DNA of 64,000 nucleotides from Macrostomum hystrix (taxonomy: Eukaryota > Animalia > Platyhelminthes). A program made the translations under genes and the position numbers. Shown here piece by piece: positions 1 to 13,355 of this stretch. Where the stretch lies: contig CATNEN010000033.1 in the NCBI GenBank assembly GCA_950097015.1, positions 2,480,001 to 2,544,000 of the forward strand. Direction: 5' to 3'. The notes under the pieces were generated by a model that worked only from the letters and a program-made list of their open reading frames with translations, had not been told where the DNA came from and searched no databases. The first letter of the stretch is position 1; each line of letters begins with the position of its first letter.

Positions 1-1558
1 GCTAATTCTTAGCCTACGTGTTTACTGCTGTTGTGTCAGACACTAGACTAATTCTTAGCCTACGTGTTTACTGCTGTTGTGTCAGACACTAGACTAATTC
101 TTAGCCTACGTGTTTACTGCTGTTGTGACAGACACTAGACTAATTCTTAGCCTACGTGTTTACTGCTGTTGTGTCAGACACTAGACTAATTCTTAGCCTA
201 CGTGTTTACTGCTGTTGTGTCAGACACTAGACTAATTCTTAGCCTACGTGTTTACTGCTGTTGTGTCAGACACTAGACTAATTCTTAGCCTACGTGTTTA
301 CTGCTGTTGTGTCAGACACTAGACTAATTCTTAGCCTACGTGTTTACTGCTGTTGTGTCAGACACTAGACTAATTCTTAGCCTACGTGTTTACTGCAGTT
401 GTGTCAGACACTAGACTAATTCTTAGCCTAGTGTTTACTGCTGTTGTGTCAGACCCTAGACTAATTCTTAGCCTACGTGTTTACTGCTGTTGTGTCAGAC
501 ACTAGGCTAATTCTTAGCCTACGTGTTTACTGCTGTTGTGTCAGACACTAGACTAATTCTTAGCCTACGTGTTTACTGCTTTTGTGTCAGACACTAGACT
601 AATTCTTAGCCTACGTGTTTACTGCTGTTGTGTCAGACACTAGACTAATTCTTAGCCTACGTGTTTACTGCAGTTGTGTCAGACACTAGACTAATTCTTA
701 GCCTAGTGTTTACTGCTGTTGTGTCAGACCCTAGACTAATTCTTAGCCTACGTGTTTACTGCTGTTGTGTCAGACACTAGGCTAATTCTTAGCCTACGTG
801 TTTACTGCTGTTGTGTCAGACACTAGACTAATTCTTAGCCTAGTGTTTACTGCTGTTGTGTCAGACACTAGGCTAATTCTTAGCCTACGTGTTTACTGCT
901 GTTGTGTCAGACACTAGGCTAATTCTTAGCCTACGTGTTTACTGCTGTTGTGTCAGACACTAGACTAATTCTTAGCCTAGTGTTTACTGCTGTTGTGTCA
1001 GACACTAGACTAATTCTTAGCCTACGTGTTTACTGCTGTTGTGTCAGACACTAGGCTAATTCTTAGCCTACGTGTTTACTACAGTTGTGTCAGACACTAG
1101 ACTAATTCTTAGCCTACGTGTTTACTGCTGTTGTGTCAGACACTAGGCTAATTCTTAGCCTACGTGTTTACTGCTGTTGTGTCAGACACTAGACTAATTC
1201 TTAGCCTACGTGTTTACTGCTGTTGTGTCAGACACTAGGCTAATTCTTAGCCTACGTGTTCACTGCTGTTGTGTCAGACACTAGGCTAATTCTTAGCCTA
1301 GTGTTTACTGCTGTTGTGTCAGACACTAGGCTAATTCTTAGCCTAGTGTTTACTGCTGTTGTGTCAGACACTAGGCTAATTCTTAGCCTACGTGTTTACT
1401 GCTTTTGTGTCAGACCCTAGGCTAATTCTTAGCCTAGTGTTTACTGCTGTTGTGTCAGACACTAGGCTAATTCTTAGCCTACGTGTTTACTGCTGTTGTG
1501 TCAGACACTAGACTAATTCTTAGCCTACGTGTTTACTGCTGTTGTGTCAGACACTAGG
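1..1558. repeat. 46-bp minisatellite (CTAATTCTTAGCCTACGTGTTTACTGCTGTTGTGTCAGACACTAGA)n, >33 copies, probably in eag intron 1
   Basis: Unit start recurs at 2 and 48 (period 46); near-identical copies run from the window edge to ~1558. Confidence 0.97.
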
Positions 1559-2278
1559 CAAAATCCGTATGCCTCAAGTAATAAGTTACGAGTATTAGAA
1601 ATTTCAATCAAAAGCTATTACGCTTCTCTGAGTTGCAATATTTTCACATGAAAGAGACTAGCAACCTCCCTTGCCTTACTTGGATCACGAAAGCCAAAGG
1701 GTATAAAAATATGATATTCCATGCCGCAACTACTCGAATGTCAAAGAAGGTTAATATTGATTTATCGAATCGCATCAGAGTCTTATTGAGTGGCTGAGGG
1801 GATGAGGATGGCGCAGAAGAGGGGATTAAAAGAGGATTAGTAGCATTTGCAAGAGGTAGCTATTATCGATTCTGAGCAATTCGGATGCATTTGGGCACGT
1901 TCCAAATAAAAAAGTTAAACTGATATGGAGTAAAAGCTCTGTTAGTTTACTCGGTAGAAAACGAGTGAAAAAGATAGAATTATTTAGTTTCATTCATACC
2001 TGAATATCCTGCCGGTAGGTCGTTGAAACAACTCAACAAAATCTTCAATGTGTGAAAACATATGTTTTGTTGTAATTGTTATTTATTGCTGCTCAGACGC
2101 CAAGTTGATTGCTTATCGTAACCGGCTGACAAAACCCTGTACAATGCAGCGAAAGAGCATCTGTTAGAACCGCAGGTGTTTGTTTTAGTTGGTCAACTTG
2201 CGAAGCGAATGTTTGACGGAAATTAGCCATTGAACAGCTTCTAAGCAAGCATCGACACCGCCTCCCCCGATTTGCAGA

Positions 2279-5200
2279 CAGCAGCTTCCTGCTGGCCAAC
2301 GCCAGGATCGTGGACTACCCCATTGTCTACTGCAACGATGGCTTCTCCAAGCTGACCGGCTTCAGCCGTGCTGAGGTGATGCAGCGGTCCTGTACCTGCA
2401 ACTTCATGTACAGCGATCAGACCGACCCGGAGTCCATCCAGCGCATCAACAAGAGCCTTGAGTCCTGCGAGCCTGACCAGCAGGAGATTCTGCTGCTGAA
2501 GAAAAACAGTGAGCCTCTCAGTTGCCTGCAGCTCCATCAAAGAAAGTATTAATTGCTTAAGGGCGGTGTGTTCAGGTGTCCCACTTGAGAATCAAAACAG
2601 AATTACTCACTGGTGTAGTTTGTCACTGGACACGCCTTTGAGTCTTCAAAGCCCTCTTTAGTTTGAAATGGCGGCACATCTCCACCGCGACTGTTGCTAA
2701 GAGCAACGCAGAGGGGGGCGTGACGCGCCATCCTTTCTTCATCCTTGCTCTCCTCTTCACCTCTGATTCCTCTATCGTCCCGTCTCCCCAGAGCGGATTA
2801 GGGCTAGAAGCTCCTACTCACCTTTCGCCATCATCTCCGGCTCATCCATCTCGAGCCCGAGGCGTCCTGTCACCTGCCTTTTGTTAGCACAGCCGCCTCT
2901 CTCGAGGCCCTAGCTCGTTGTGTTGCTCGCCTTATCGAATCTCGCTTATGGAGCGAGATGCGGAGCGGGTACTCAAGATGCCTGCTCATTAGCAATTTCA
3001 AAGTGCACATAAAATATGGAATAGTCTTATCTCGACTGTCGATCCGCTGTTTGTCAATGCAATATGAGCCATCAAACTGAATTTGAACATTCGCCAAATT
3101 TGTTTTACTAAACTGCTCAGAGACGCCGCTGTGGCTGCTGATGTACATCGCGCCAATTAAGAACGAGAAGGACGTTGTTATTCTGTATCTGATTACGTTT
3201 CGCGACATCACGGCCCTGAAGCAGCCTTATGAAGAAGAGGAGGCAAAGGTGGTGCAGACTGCTGGTGAGTCCGACTGCTTTGGCGGTTCCGACTTTGGCG
3301 GGCTTTGGCATGACCCGACTTCCACCAGCAAAAAGCCATGATCCAAACCTATATGCCACTATCGATCCGCCACCCACCCACCCACCACCCATCCATTATA
3401 TCGATCCACCACCCACCTCACTCCATTTTTTTAATTCACCACTACCTCGTTCCATTTTATCGATCTACCACCCACCTCACTCCATTTTATCGATCCGCCC
3501 CACCTAACTCCATTTTATCGATCCACCACCCACCTCACTTCACTTTAGCCGATCAGTTAAAAGATCAGAAATCCCGCTATTCTAACCCCTCCCTCAATCC
3601 CTAATCTTATAATTCAAGCCCTACAAACTAAGTCCAACAGCTTGAAATCCCTGGAGGCAGCCAATCTCACGTGCTCCCAATACGCCAACCCTAATACCAC
3701 TCGCAGTCGGGCTCAGCAAGTTCGCTAGGCTGGCCCGCTCCGTGACGCGCAACCGCTCGGTGATGATGCAGATGGCCAGCGTCCCAGCGGCCGGACGCCT
3801 TGACGACAGCCGACTTGAGCAGCTGGGATCAGTGAGTCCGCTTGCCCTCCAATTCACCCCGCAAACCCAAACAGTAATCCCATGCTTTGGCGAGAAGAAG
3901 ACCACTTTTATCCTCTAAATTTTGAAAGCTTTTTGTTAATTTATTTTCCCACTTAATCCCTAATCCCTTTAGCCTCAAAGCCAGCAGGCGGTGAAGCCGG
4001 TGATGCGGGAGAAATTTGTTTTTCTTGATTGGCAGATTTTTAAACATAATCCTCAGAAAATCATTATCACTTGCGTTCATGAGGCCTGCTGTGCACTGCC
4101 AGCGCCACGCAGCCGTGCTTTTATTTTTATCGCAGCAGGTGGGGCAGGTAGGGCGGGCCGCCTGTTTGAGCAGAAATTGTCTCTGCTCGCTCCTCCCTCC
4201 CCCTCCATCGCTGCGGAGTCCCAGCAGGCGTCCGGCTCAATATCCGTCACGCGAGGAGGCAGGCGCCCCGGGCGGCGCAGATGTCGACTTGAATTACAAC
4301 TCCGCTGAGTGGATCAGGAAAAAAACAGAAGCGGAGGTGGAGGCCGTCCGCCCGGGTTGTCTCCGGGGATGGGCTCGCTTCAAGCGAAGGAGCCCGAAGG
4401 CGCGCGAGACTCACGGTTGGCGCAGGGGTTAGGAATGAATTTAACTTCCAGACAGTTAGGCTCCACGCGAATAAAAAAAAGACTTAGCAATAATTAGTGC
4501 AATTGAACAGTACAGTGCAGCAGCAGCTTTCACGTTCCGCCTTTTTAATCTGGCTGCAAGGCTTGAAATATTCAGTGCATTCTCTATCAGCAAGCTCTGA
4601 CTGGCGCTCAAATTATGTCAAACAACCCCCTGAGAGCCGAGCTAATCATAAATCTCACTCGATTTTATCAATCCGCCAACCACTTCGCGCCATTTCATTG
4701 CTCAACCACCCTACCTCACTCAGTTTTGACCCGGCACCAACCTTAAGCAACTTTACTGATTAACCAACCACCTCATTCCATTCACGCCCAACTTCACCCG
4801 ATTTTATCGCTCTGCTGCCCAACTTCACAAAATTTTATCGCTCTGCTGCCCCACTTCACCCGATTTTATCGCTCTGCCTCCCAACTTCACCCGATTTTTT
4901 TGCTCTGCTGCCCCACTTCACCCGATTTTATCGCTGTGTTGCCCAACTTCACCCGATTTTATCGCTCTGCCACCCACTTCACTCAATTTTATCGCTCTGC
5001 CGCCCAACTTCACCCGATTTTATCACTCTGCCACCCACTTCACTCCATTTTATCGCTCTGCCGCCCAACTTCACCCGATTTTATCGATCTGCCACCCACT
5101 TCACTCCGTTTTATCGATCTGCTACTGATAGGTACATTAACTGACCCGCATATTCTACTGATGCATCGTTCCGCAGGCTCTGTCGCTCCATTCCGACGTT

Positions 5201-8200
5201 CTGCCGCAGTACAAGCAGGAAGCGCCAAAAACACCGCCGCATATTATTCTGCACTATTCGGCCTTCAAAACGATCTGGGACTGGATTATCTTAATCCTCA
5301 CGGGCTACACCGCTGTCATGGTCCCATTTAATGTGGCCTTCAAATTTAAAACAATGGACGATGTGTCCTTCATAGTGACTGACAGCATTGTTGATGTAAT
5401 TTTCTTCATTGACATTGTGCTGAACTTTCACACAACATTCGTGGGTCCCAACGGCGAAGTGATATCTGACCCGTCCATCATTCGGGTGAACTACCTGAAG
5501 GGCTGGTTCGTCATTGACCTGCTTTCGTGCCTTCCCTACGACGTGTTCAACGCGTTTCAACCCGAGTCAACGGACGTGAGTTCTCATGAGCAGCAGTTTT
5601 TTTCATCCGGTATCAACCTTTTCTTCATTTTCATTCGAGGACCAAATTTTATACATTTTCGCTACTATTTAATGCTGATCTTCGAGGCTAGAGCTGAGTT
5701 GGCTGAATCTGACTGGACCCACCAAATCTACTTGAGCACGAATGGAATCCTTGAGTAGTCGAAGAGCATTGTTTTAGACACGTTTCAACTTCTGGAATTT
5801 CAGAAAATTATCCAAGATGCGCTCCAGGACTCACGGTCAGGGTCTCTGACTTGAGCACTCAGTAATACATTTCTGAGCATATGAGAAATTTTTATTTTAA
5901 AATTTAAAAAATTCGTAATTTCGCCGAGAAGAAGTTGGCAAAAAACAACGAAAATGTACTTTTAGCCGCTATAAAGTGTCCCGCTTGTTGCCAGGTTGGC
6001 CCGTCATTGTTCCATCAGTCGGGCTTGTCTCCGTCCTTCCCTCCGTCATAAAAAAATAGGTAGGCAATCACCTGGAGCTGCACAAAAGACTTCTGGCCTG
6101 ACGAGTGCAGCCGGGTTTGCACCGAACTTTGCTGCTCAAGCCCTGCCCAGCTCACAGTTAGCCAGCCCATGCCTCAATGCAAACCGAGCAGGATTTTTGC
6201 ACCTGTGTCGATGCTCACTCAAGCCAAAGCGGTCAATTGGACGGATCAATTATACACCTAGACTAAATCTCTAAGATCCTAAATAGATAAACTATGCCTG
6301 CTACTATTGGGTTTGAGCTGATGCCATGAGAACGAGCATGGGCAAAAGATATCACCCAAACCCCAAATCCCAAACCCCAAATCACAAATCCCAAACACCA
6401 AATCCCAAAATCCAAATCCTAAACTCCAAATCCCAAACCCCAAATCCCAAACCCCAAATCACAAATCCCAAACACCAAATCCCAAAATCCAAATCCTAAA
6501 CTCCAAATCCCAAACCCCATATCCCAAACCCCAAGTCCAAATCCCAAATCCCAAACACCAAATCCCAAAATCCAAATCACAAACTCCAAATCCCAAACCC
6601 CAAACCCCAAATCCCAAACCCCAAACCCCAAACCCCAAATCCCAAACCCCAAATCCCAAATCCCAAACACCAAACTCCAAATCCCAAACACTAAACCCTA
6701 AACCCTAAATCCTAAACCCCAAACCCTAAATCCCAAACTCCGAATCCCAAACCCAAGTCCGAAATCCCAAATCGCATACCCCAAATGCCAAACAGTTGCG
6801 TTTCTGTTGTCTTGGATTCTTGTGTCAGCATCAGTCCAGGGTCAGTCAGTGGTGTGTCAGCATCAGTCCAGGGTCAGTCAGTGGTGTGTCAGCATCAGTC
6901 CAGGGTCAGTCAGTGGTGTGTCAGCATCAGTCCAGGGTCAGTCAGTGGTGTGTCAGCATCAGTCCAGGGTCAGTCAGTGGTGTGTCAGCATCAGTCCAGG
7001 GTCAGTCAGTGGTGTGTCAGCATCAGTCCAGGGTCAGTCAGTGGTGTGTCAGCATCAGTCCAGGGTCAGTCAGTGGTGTGTCAGCATCAGTCCAGGGTCA
7101 GTCAGTGGTGTGTCAGCATCAGTCCAGGGTCAGTCAGTGGTGTGTCAGCATCAGCCATCTCTCCTTCCCCACAGGGCGGCATCAGCAGTCTGTTCAGCGC
7201 GCTCAAAGTTGTTCGCCTGCTGAGAATCGGTCGCGTTGCTCGCAAGGTCGATCAGTACCTGGAATACGGAGCAGCGCTGCTCATCCTGATGATCTTCGGC
7301 TTCGTGCTGTTGGCGCACTGGATGGCCTGCGTCTGGTACACAATCGGCCTGCGGGATCTGGACATGGAGATCTGGTACGGCTGGATTCCACGACTGGCCA
7401 ATGACTCGCTGGACACCAAGAACTGGACTAAGAACACCTACCAGGCCCAGCTGCCTGACAAGTCCATGGCCTACCTAACCTCTCTGTACTTCACCCTGTC
7501 ACTGCTCACCAGCGTGGGCTTCGGCAACGTGGCCGCCTACACCGAGGGAGAGAAGGCGGTGGTGGTTGTCTTCATGCTGCTGGGCGGTGAGCGGCCGGCA
7601 GGACTCGGCTCATGGGAGCCATTCTTTGGGGGGATTTGGATAAGGGGATCTTGATGAGAAAGTTGGATGACAAAATTGTGGGATGATGGGATGGGTGAAT
7701 GGCGGGATTACGGTGAGGGGATGGGATTTGGGTGAGGGGATGGGTTTGGGTGAGGGGATGGGTTTGGGTGAGGGGATGGTTGGGTAAGGGGATGAGTTTG
7801 GGTGAGGGGATGTGTTTGGGTGAGGGGATGGGATTGGATGAGGGGATGGGATGGGTTGGGTTTTGGTGAGGGGATGGGATTAAATGACGGGATGTGTTTG
7901 GGTGAGGGGATGGGTTTGGGTGAGGGGATGGGTTTGGGTGAGGGGATGGGTTTGGGTAAGGGGATGAGTTTGGGTGAGGGGATGTGTTTGGGTGAGGGGA
8001 TGGGATTGGATGAGGGGATGGGATGGGTTGGGTTTTGGTGAGGGGATGGGATTGAATGACGGGATGTGTTTGGGTGAGGGGATGGGTTTGGGTAAGGGGA
8101 TGGGTTTGGGTAAGGGGATGGGTTTGGGTGAGGGGATGGGTTTGGGTGAGGGGATGGGTTTGGGTAAGGGGATGAGTTTGGGTGAGGGGATGTGTTTGGG

Positions 8201-11200
8201 TGAGGGGATGGGATTGGATGAGGGGATGGGATGGGTTGGGTTTTGGTGAGGGGATGGGATTGAATGACGGGATGTGTTTGGGTGAGGGGATGGGATTGGG
8301 TAAGGGGATGCGTTTGGGTGAGGGGATGGGTTTGGGTAAGGGGATGAGTTTGGGTGAGGGGATGTGTTTGGGTGAGGGGATGGGATTGGATGAGGGGATG
8401 GGATTGGATGAGCGGATGGGATTGGGTGAGGAGATGGGATTGGATGAGGGGATGGGATTGGATGAGGGGATGGGATGGGTTGGGTTTTGGTGAGGGGATG
8501 GGATTGAATGACGGGATGTGTTTGGGTGAGGGGATGGGATTGGATGAGGGGATGGGATGGGTTGGGTTTTGGTGAGGGGATGGGATTGAATGACGGGATG
8601 TGTTTGGGTGAGGGGATGGGATTGGGTAAGGGGATGCGTTTGGGTGAGGGGATGGGTTTGGGTAAGGGGATGAGTTTGGGTGAGGGGATGTGTTTGGGTG
8701 AGGGGATGGGATTGGATGAGGGGATGGGATTGGATGAGCGGATGGGATTGGGTGAGGAGATGGGATTGGATGAGGGGATGGGATTGGATGAGCGGATGGG
8801 ATGGGTTGGGTTTTGGTGAGGGGATGGGATTGAACGACGGGATGTGTTTGGGTGAGGGGATGGGATTGGGTGAGGGGATGGGTTTGGGTGAGGGGATGGG
8901 ATTGGGTGAGGGGATGGGTTTGGGTGAGGGGATGGGTTTGGGTGAGGGGATGGGTTTGGGTAAGGGGATGAGTTTGGGTGAGGGGATGTGTTTGGGTGAG
9001 GGATGTGTTTGGGTGAGGGGATGGGATTGGATGAGGGGATGGGATGGGTTGGGTTTTGGTGAGGGGATGGGATTGAATGACGGGATGTGTTTGGGTGAGG
9101 GGATGGGTTTGGGTAAGGGGATGGGTTTGGGTAAGGGGATGGGTTTGGGTGAGGGGATGGGTTTGGGTGAGGGGATGTGTTTGGGTGAGGGGATGGGATT
9201 GGATGAGGGGATGGGATGGGTTGGGTTTTGGTGAGGGGATGGGATTGAATGACGGGATGTGTTTGGGTGAGGGGATGTGTTTGGGTGAGGGGATGGGATT
9301 GGATGAGGGGATGGGATTGGATGAGCGGATGGGATTGGGTGAGGGGATGGGATTGGATGAGGGGATGGGATTGGATGAGGGGATGGGATTGGGTGAGTGG
9401 ATAGGATTGAATGAGGGGATGAGTTTGGGTGAGGGGATGGGATTTTGTTTAATGGAGTGGATTTTAATGAGTGTAGTGTGGGGCATTTTGTTAAGCATTG
9501 AGCTAGATTGCATCTGGCACAGGCTTGAATCGAATCCTCACGGTGGGATGTCACGGGAATTGTAATTAGCCGCATTAGATCAAAGGGAGAAATTTATCAT
9601 GTGATTGGTTTGATCTATTTTGATTACCAGTTTGGGTGAACGAACTGGTCTTGCAAATGGGATTTTTACCCGACTTAAGGGGGAGAAGAGAAGAGATAGT
9701 GGATCGCATGTCAACTCGGTAGGAAACTGTCTGAGTAGAAATAGATAAACCGAGGAGAAATTCCAAGAAACGCATACAGCGTCCTCGCTAAATAAGGCAG
9801 CGTCACAGCCACCGGCCCGGGATGATGAAAGCGGATGTCGCTAATTGACCAGTAGTTGAAAGAAAGAAAGACTAATTTTGCAGGCCGCAGGATGCGCTGC
9901 TAGGGTGAGCATGAGCACCCCCATACTCAGTCTCCCTATCCAAACAGTGACAGGCCCGTGAGAGTCTGTCATTAGCGCGGGGCTGGACGCAGCTGGACGT
10001 GCAATTTTCTTGCGTTTTTGAGCCACTTGCAGCAGCGTCTGCGAGAGTCTGCGAGATGAGACAGGCGGATCGGACTGAGACCGATTTAATCCCTTGTGTG
10101 TTCCACGCGCTATGGATAAATTCAATTAGTAGCAATCCCGGGATTTGGCTATCGTTGATGGTTCTGATGATTTTGGGATTTAGGATTCTCACCTGTCGAG
10201 TGGGATAGCATTTCTGAGTCACTAATTTTACTTTTGATATCGGGATATCGGATTTAGGACTTCTTTAGTAACCTGTACGGTCTGCGATTTTCGATTTGGG
10301 ATTTGGGATTGCAGATTTGGGTTTGGTATTTTGGAGTCGGGATTTATGATTTCAGATTTGAAATTGGGGATTTTGGGTTCTGGATTTGGGAATTGGGGTT
10401 CGGGATTGGGGGTTCCGGATTTGGGATTTGGGGTTCGGGATTGGGGGTTCCGGATTTGGGATTTGGGGTTCGGGATTTGGGGTAGGGATTTATGACTTCA
10501 GATTTGGGGTTCGGGATTTTGGATTTCACATTTGAAATTCAGGATTTGGGGTTCGGGATTTGGGGTTCGGGATTTGGGATTTTCCAGTCGCTCCTGGGAA
10601 TTGAGAATGGCATTTGGGAGTTGAATTTCTTAGTCACCACGCAATGCTGTCGTGATTTTTTATTTGGGGTTCAGGACTCGGGATATGGGATTTGTTAGTT
10701 GGAATTTTCCAGTGGCCGGTGTTGCCTGGGATTATAGATGTGGGCTTTATGATTTGCAGTATTTTAATTTCCCAGTTCCCAGTTCGCATCAAGCAACATT
10801 TCCACCGTCATTCCGCAGCTCTCGTGTACGCCACCATCTTCGGCAACGTGACCACAATCTTCCAGCAGATGTACGCCAGCAGAGCTCGCTACCACGAGAT
10901 GATGAACAGCATCAAGGAGTTCATCAAAATACACGACGTTCCCAGGGAGCTGGGCGAGCGAGTGATGGATTATGTCACATCGTCCTGGGCTGTGACCAAG
11001 GGCATCGACACAACCAAGGTGAGACTGGCTGCTCGAGGGACTGCTTTTGAAAATGAAATCGAGCCACGAATGACACGAATAACTTGCTTTCTCAGGTGTT
11101 AAACTACTGCCCGAAGGACATGAAAGCAGATCTCAGCGTGCACCTAAACCGCAAGGTGTTCAATGAGCACCCGGCCTTCAGGCTGGCCTCCGATGGCTGC

Positions 11201-13312
11201 CTGCGGTCGCTGGCGATCAATTTCTCCACGGTGCACACGGCGCCTGGCGACCTCATCTTCCACCAGGGCGAGAGCCTCGACCAGCTCTGCTTTGTGGTCA
11301 GCGGCTCTCTGGAGGTCATCCAGGACGATGAGGTTGTGGCCATTCTGGGTGAGTGCTTGGCTGCCTGACTCTAACAGGTGACCTGCAGATCTAACAGGTG
11401 ACCTGCAGATCTAACAGGTGACCTGCAGATCTAACAGGTGACACCCTGTCTATCAGGTGACAACCCTGCCTAACAGGTGACACTCCTGTCTAACAGGTGA
11501 CACTCCTGCCTAACAGGTGACACCCCTGTCTATCAGTTGACCTGCTGTCTTACAGGTGACACTCCTGTCTAACAGGTGACACTCCTGTCTAACAGGTGAC
11601 ACTCCTGTCTTACAGGTGACACTCCTGTCTAACAGGGGACACCCCTGTCTATCAGTTGACCTGCTGTCTTACAGGTGACACTCTTGTCTAACAAGTCACC
11701 CCTATATGACACCAATGTGTCTGGCAGACAAGTTCAGAAAGCCAGTGTTCCGCCCTTTTCTAGTCATTTTTAGGCCGATGAAAATTCAATCCATTTGCAT
11801 CCATGAAGTAGTAGATAATTCGTGTCCATAAAACCATAACCGGTCCATAAACTGCCAGTTTTACCCGTGGCCATTTTCGATCAAGTAAGGCAGGTAATGC
11901 GTCCCAATGAACTCTATAAAAATGGAATCTTTCGACTGGCTGAACGGACTTAGTCAGCTGACTAACTTCTGCGGCGTGCGCGGAATTTCTTCTTCACATT
12001 AATTAGAGAAAGGAGAGGGACAGGCGGGTAAGAGATTACGGAGCTCGTCCGGATCGACAAATTCGCTGCAATTTTCTTGGCCACACTAAATAGTTGCCAG
12101 GATGCAACAAGACCCGATTATTCATATCGCCCTACCCCCCTAATGCCTGGACTTACCTTATGACATTATTCAGAAGACTTCAGATCCTAGCTTAGGTACC
12201 ATTGTACAAAGTGCAATGCGAGCTATAAATAATAATTTGTACTTTTACATACAAACTTCCGCAGGCAAAGGCGACGTTTTTGGCGACACTTTCTGGCGCG
12301 AGACTCCGCTGGGGCAGTCGGCAGCCAGCGCCAGGGCTCTGACCTACTGCGACCTGCACTGCATCAAGCGGGACAGCCTGCTGGAGGTGCTCAACTTCTA
12401 TCAGGCCTTCTCAAACTCATTCGCCCGCAACTTGGTGCTCACCTACAACATGCGGCACAGGGTGAGTTGGTTCCTGAGCTCGAATCCGCGGCACGGCCGC
12501 GAGAAGGAACGGGGATGGTTTTCATGCAACTTACGCCTATGAGGGCCAGCCACCAAGGCATAGAAATAGTGTAAAATGCCTGAGCAGATGTACTCTCCTG
12601 TGTACCTATCCGTGTGCGTGTGTGTGTGCTCAAGTATCAGCGGAATCTTCAGAACTGCCTCGCGGCTGGCGGCGGGTCGATTGTCTTAATTTTCCATTCC
12701 TAACCCCACCGCAAACTTCCCTCCAGATCATCTTCCGCAAACTTCCCTCCAGATCATCTTCGGCAAACTTCCGTCCAGATCATCTTCCGCAAACTTCCGT
12801 CCAGATCATCTTCCGCAAACTTCCCTCCAGATCATCTTCCGCAAACTTCCCTCCAGATCATCTTCCGCAAACTTCCCTCCAGATCATCTTCCGCAAACTT
12901 CCGTCCAGATCATCTTCCGCAAACTTCCCTCCAGATCATCTTCCGCAAACTTCCCTCCAGATCATCTTCCGCAAACTTCCCTCCAGATCATCTTCCGCAA
13001 AATTGCCGACGTTCGGCGCGAGCGTGAGCTGGCGGAGAAGCGCAAATTCGAACCGCCGCTGTCCGAGCTGAGCTCGCATCACCCGGTGCGCAAGCTGCTC
13101 TCGCGCTTCAAGAAAGGGCCCGACGGGGGCGCTCCTCGACTGAATGGCAGCGTCGGGGGCGGAGGCGGCGACGAGGCGTCATCCTCAGACGGCGCCGCGG
13201 CAGCGGCAGCTGCAGCATCAGAGGCTTCAACGGCCCCTGCAGGCGGTGAGGCAACGCCCATCCCGGCGGCACCGGGCCCGGCTGCGAAGGCCACCAAATG
13301 GTCGCGTCTCTT

Positions 13313-13355
<43 letters not shown>

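Noticed and set aside
1-1558. CRISPR-like regular repeat
   Set aside because: Units are contiguous with no unique spacers, there are no cas genes, and the context is a eukaryotic intron.
6691-6730. True telomere or chromosome-fusion scar (CCCTAAA units)
   Set aside because: Only a few units embedded in a degenerate C-rich satellite; no head-to-head telomeric junction.
6785-7174. Repetitive N-terminal extension of the 289-aa ORF
   Set aside because: Intronic 32-bp satellite read in frame with the true exon that starts at 7175.
7572-9575. 600-670-aa Pro/His-rich ORFs on the - strand and several + ORFs
   Set aside because: Translations of a stop-free G-rich satellite inside an eag intron.
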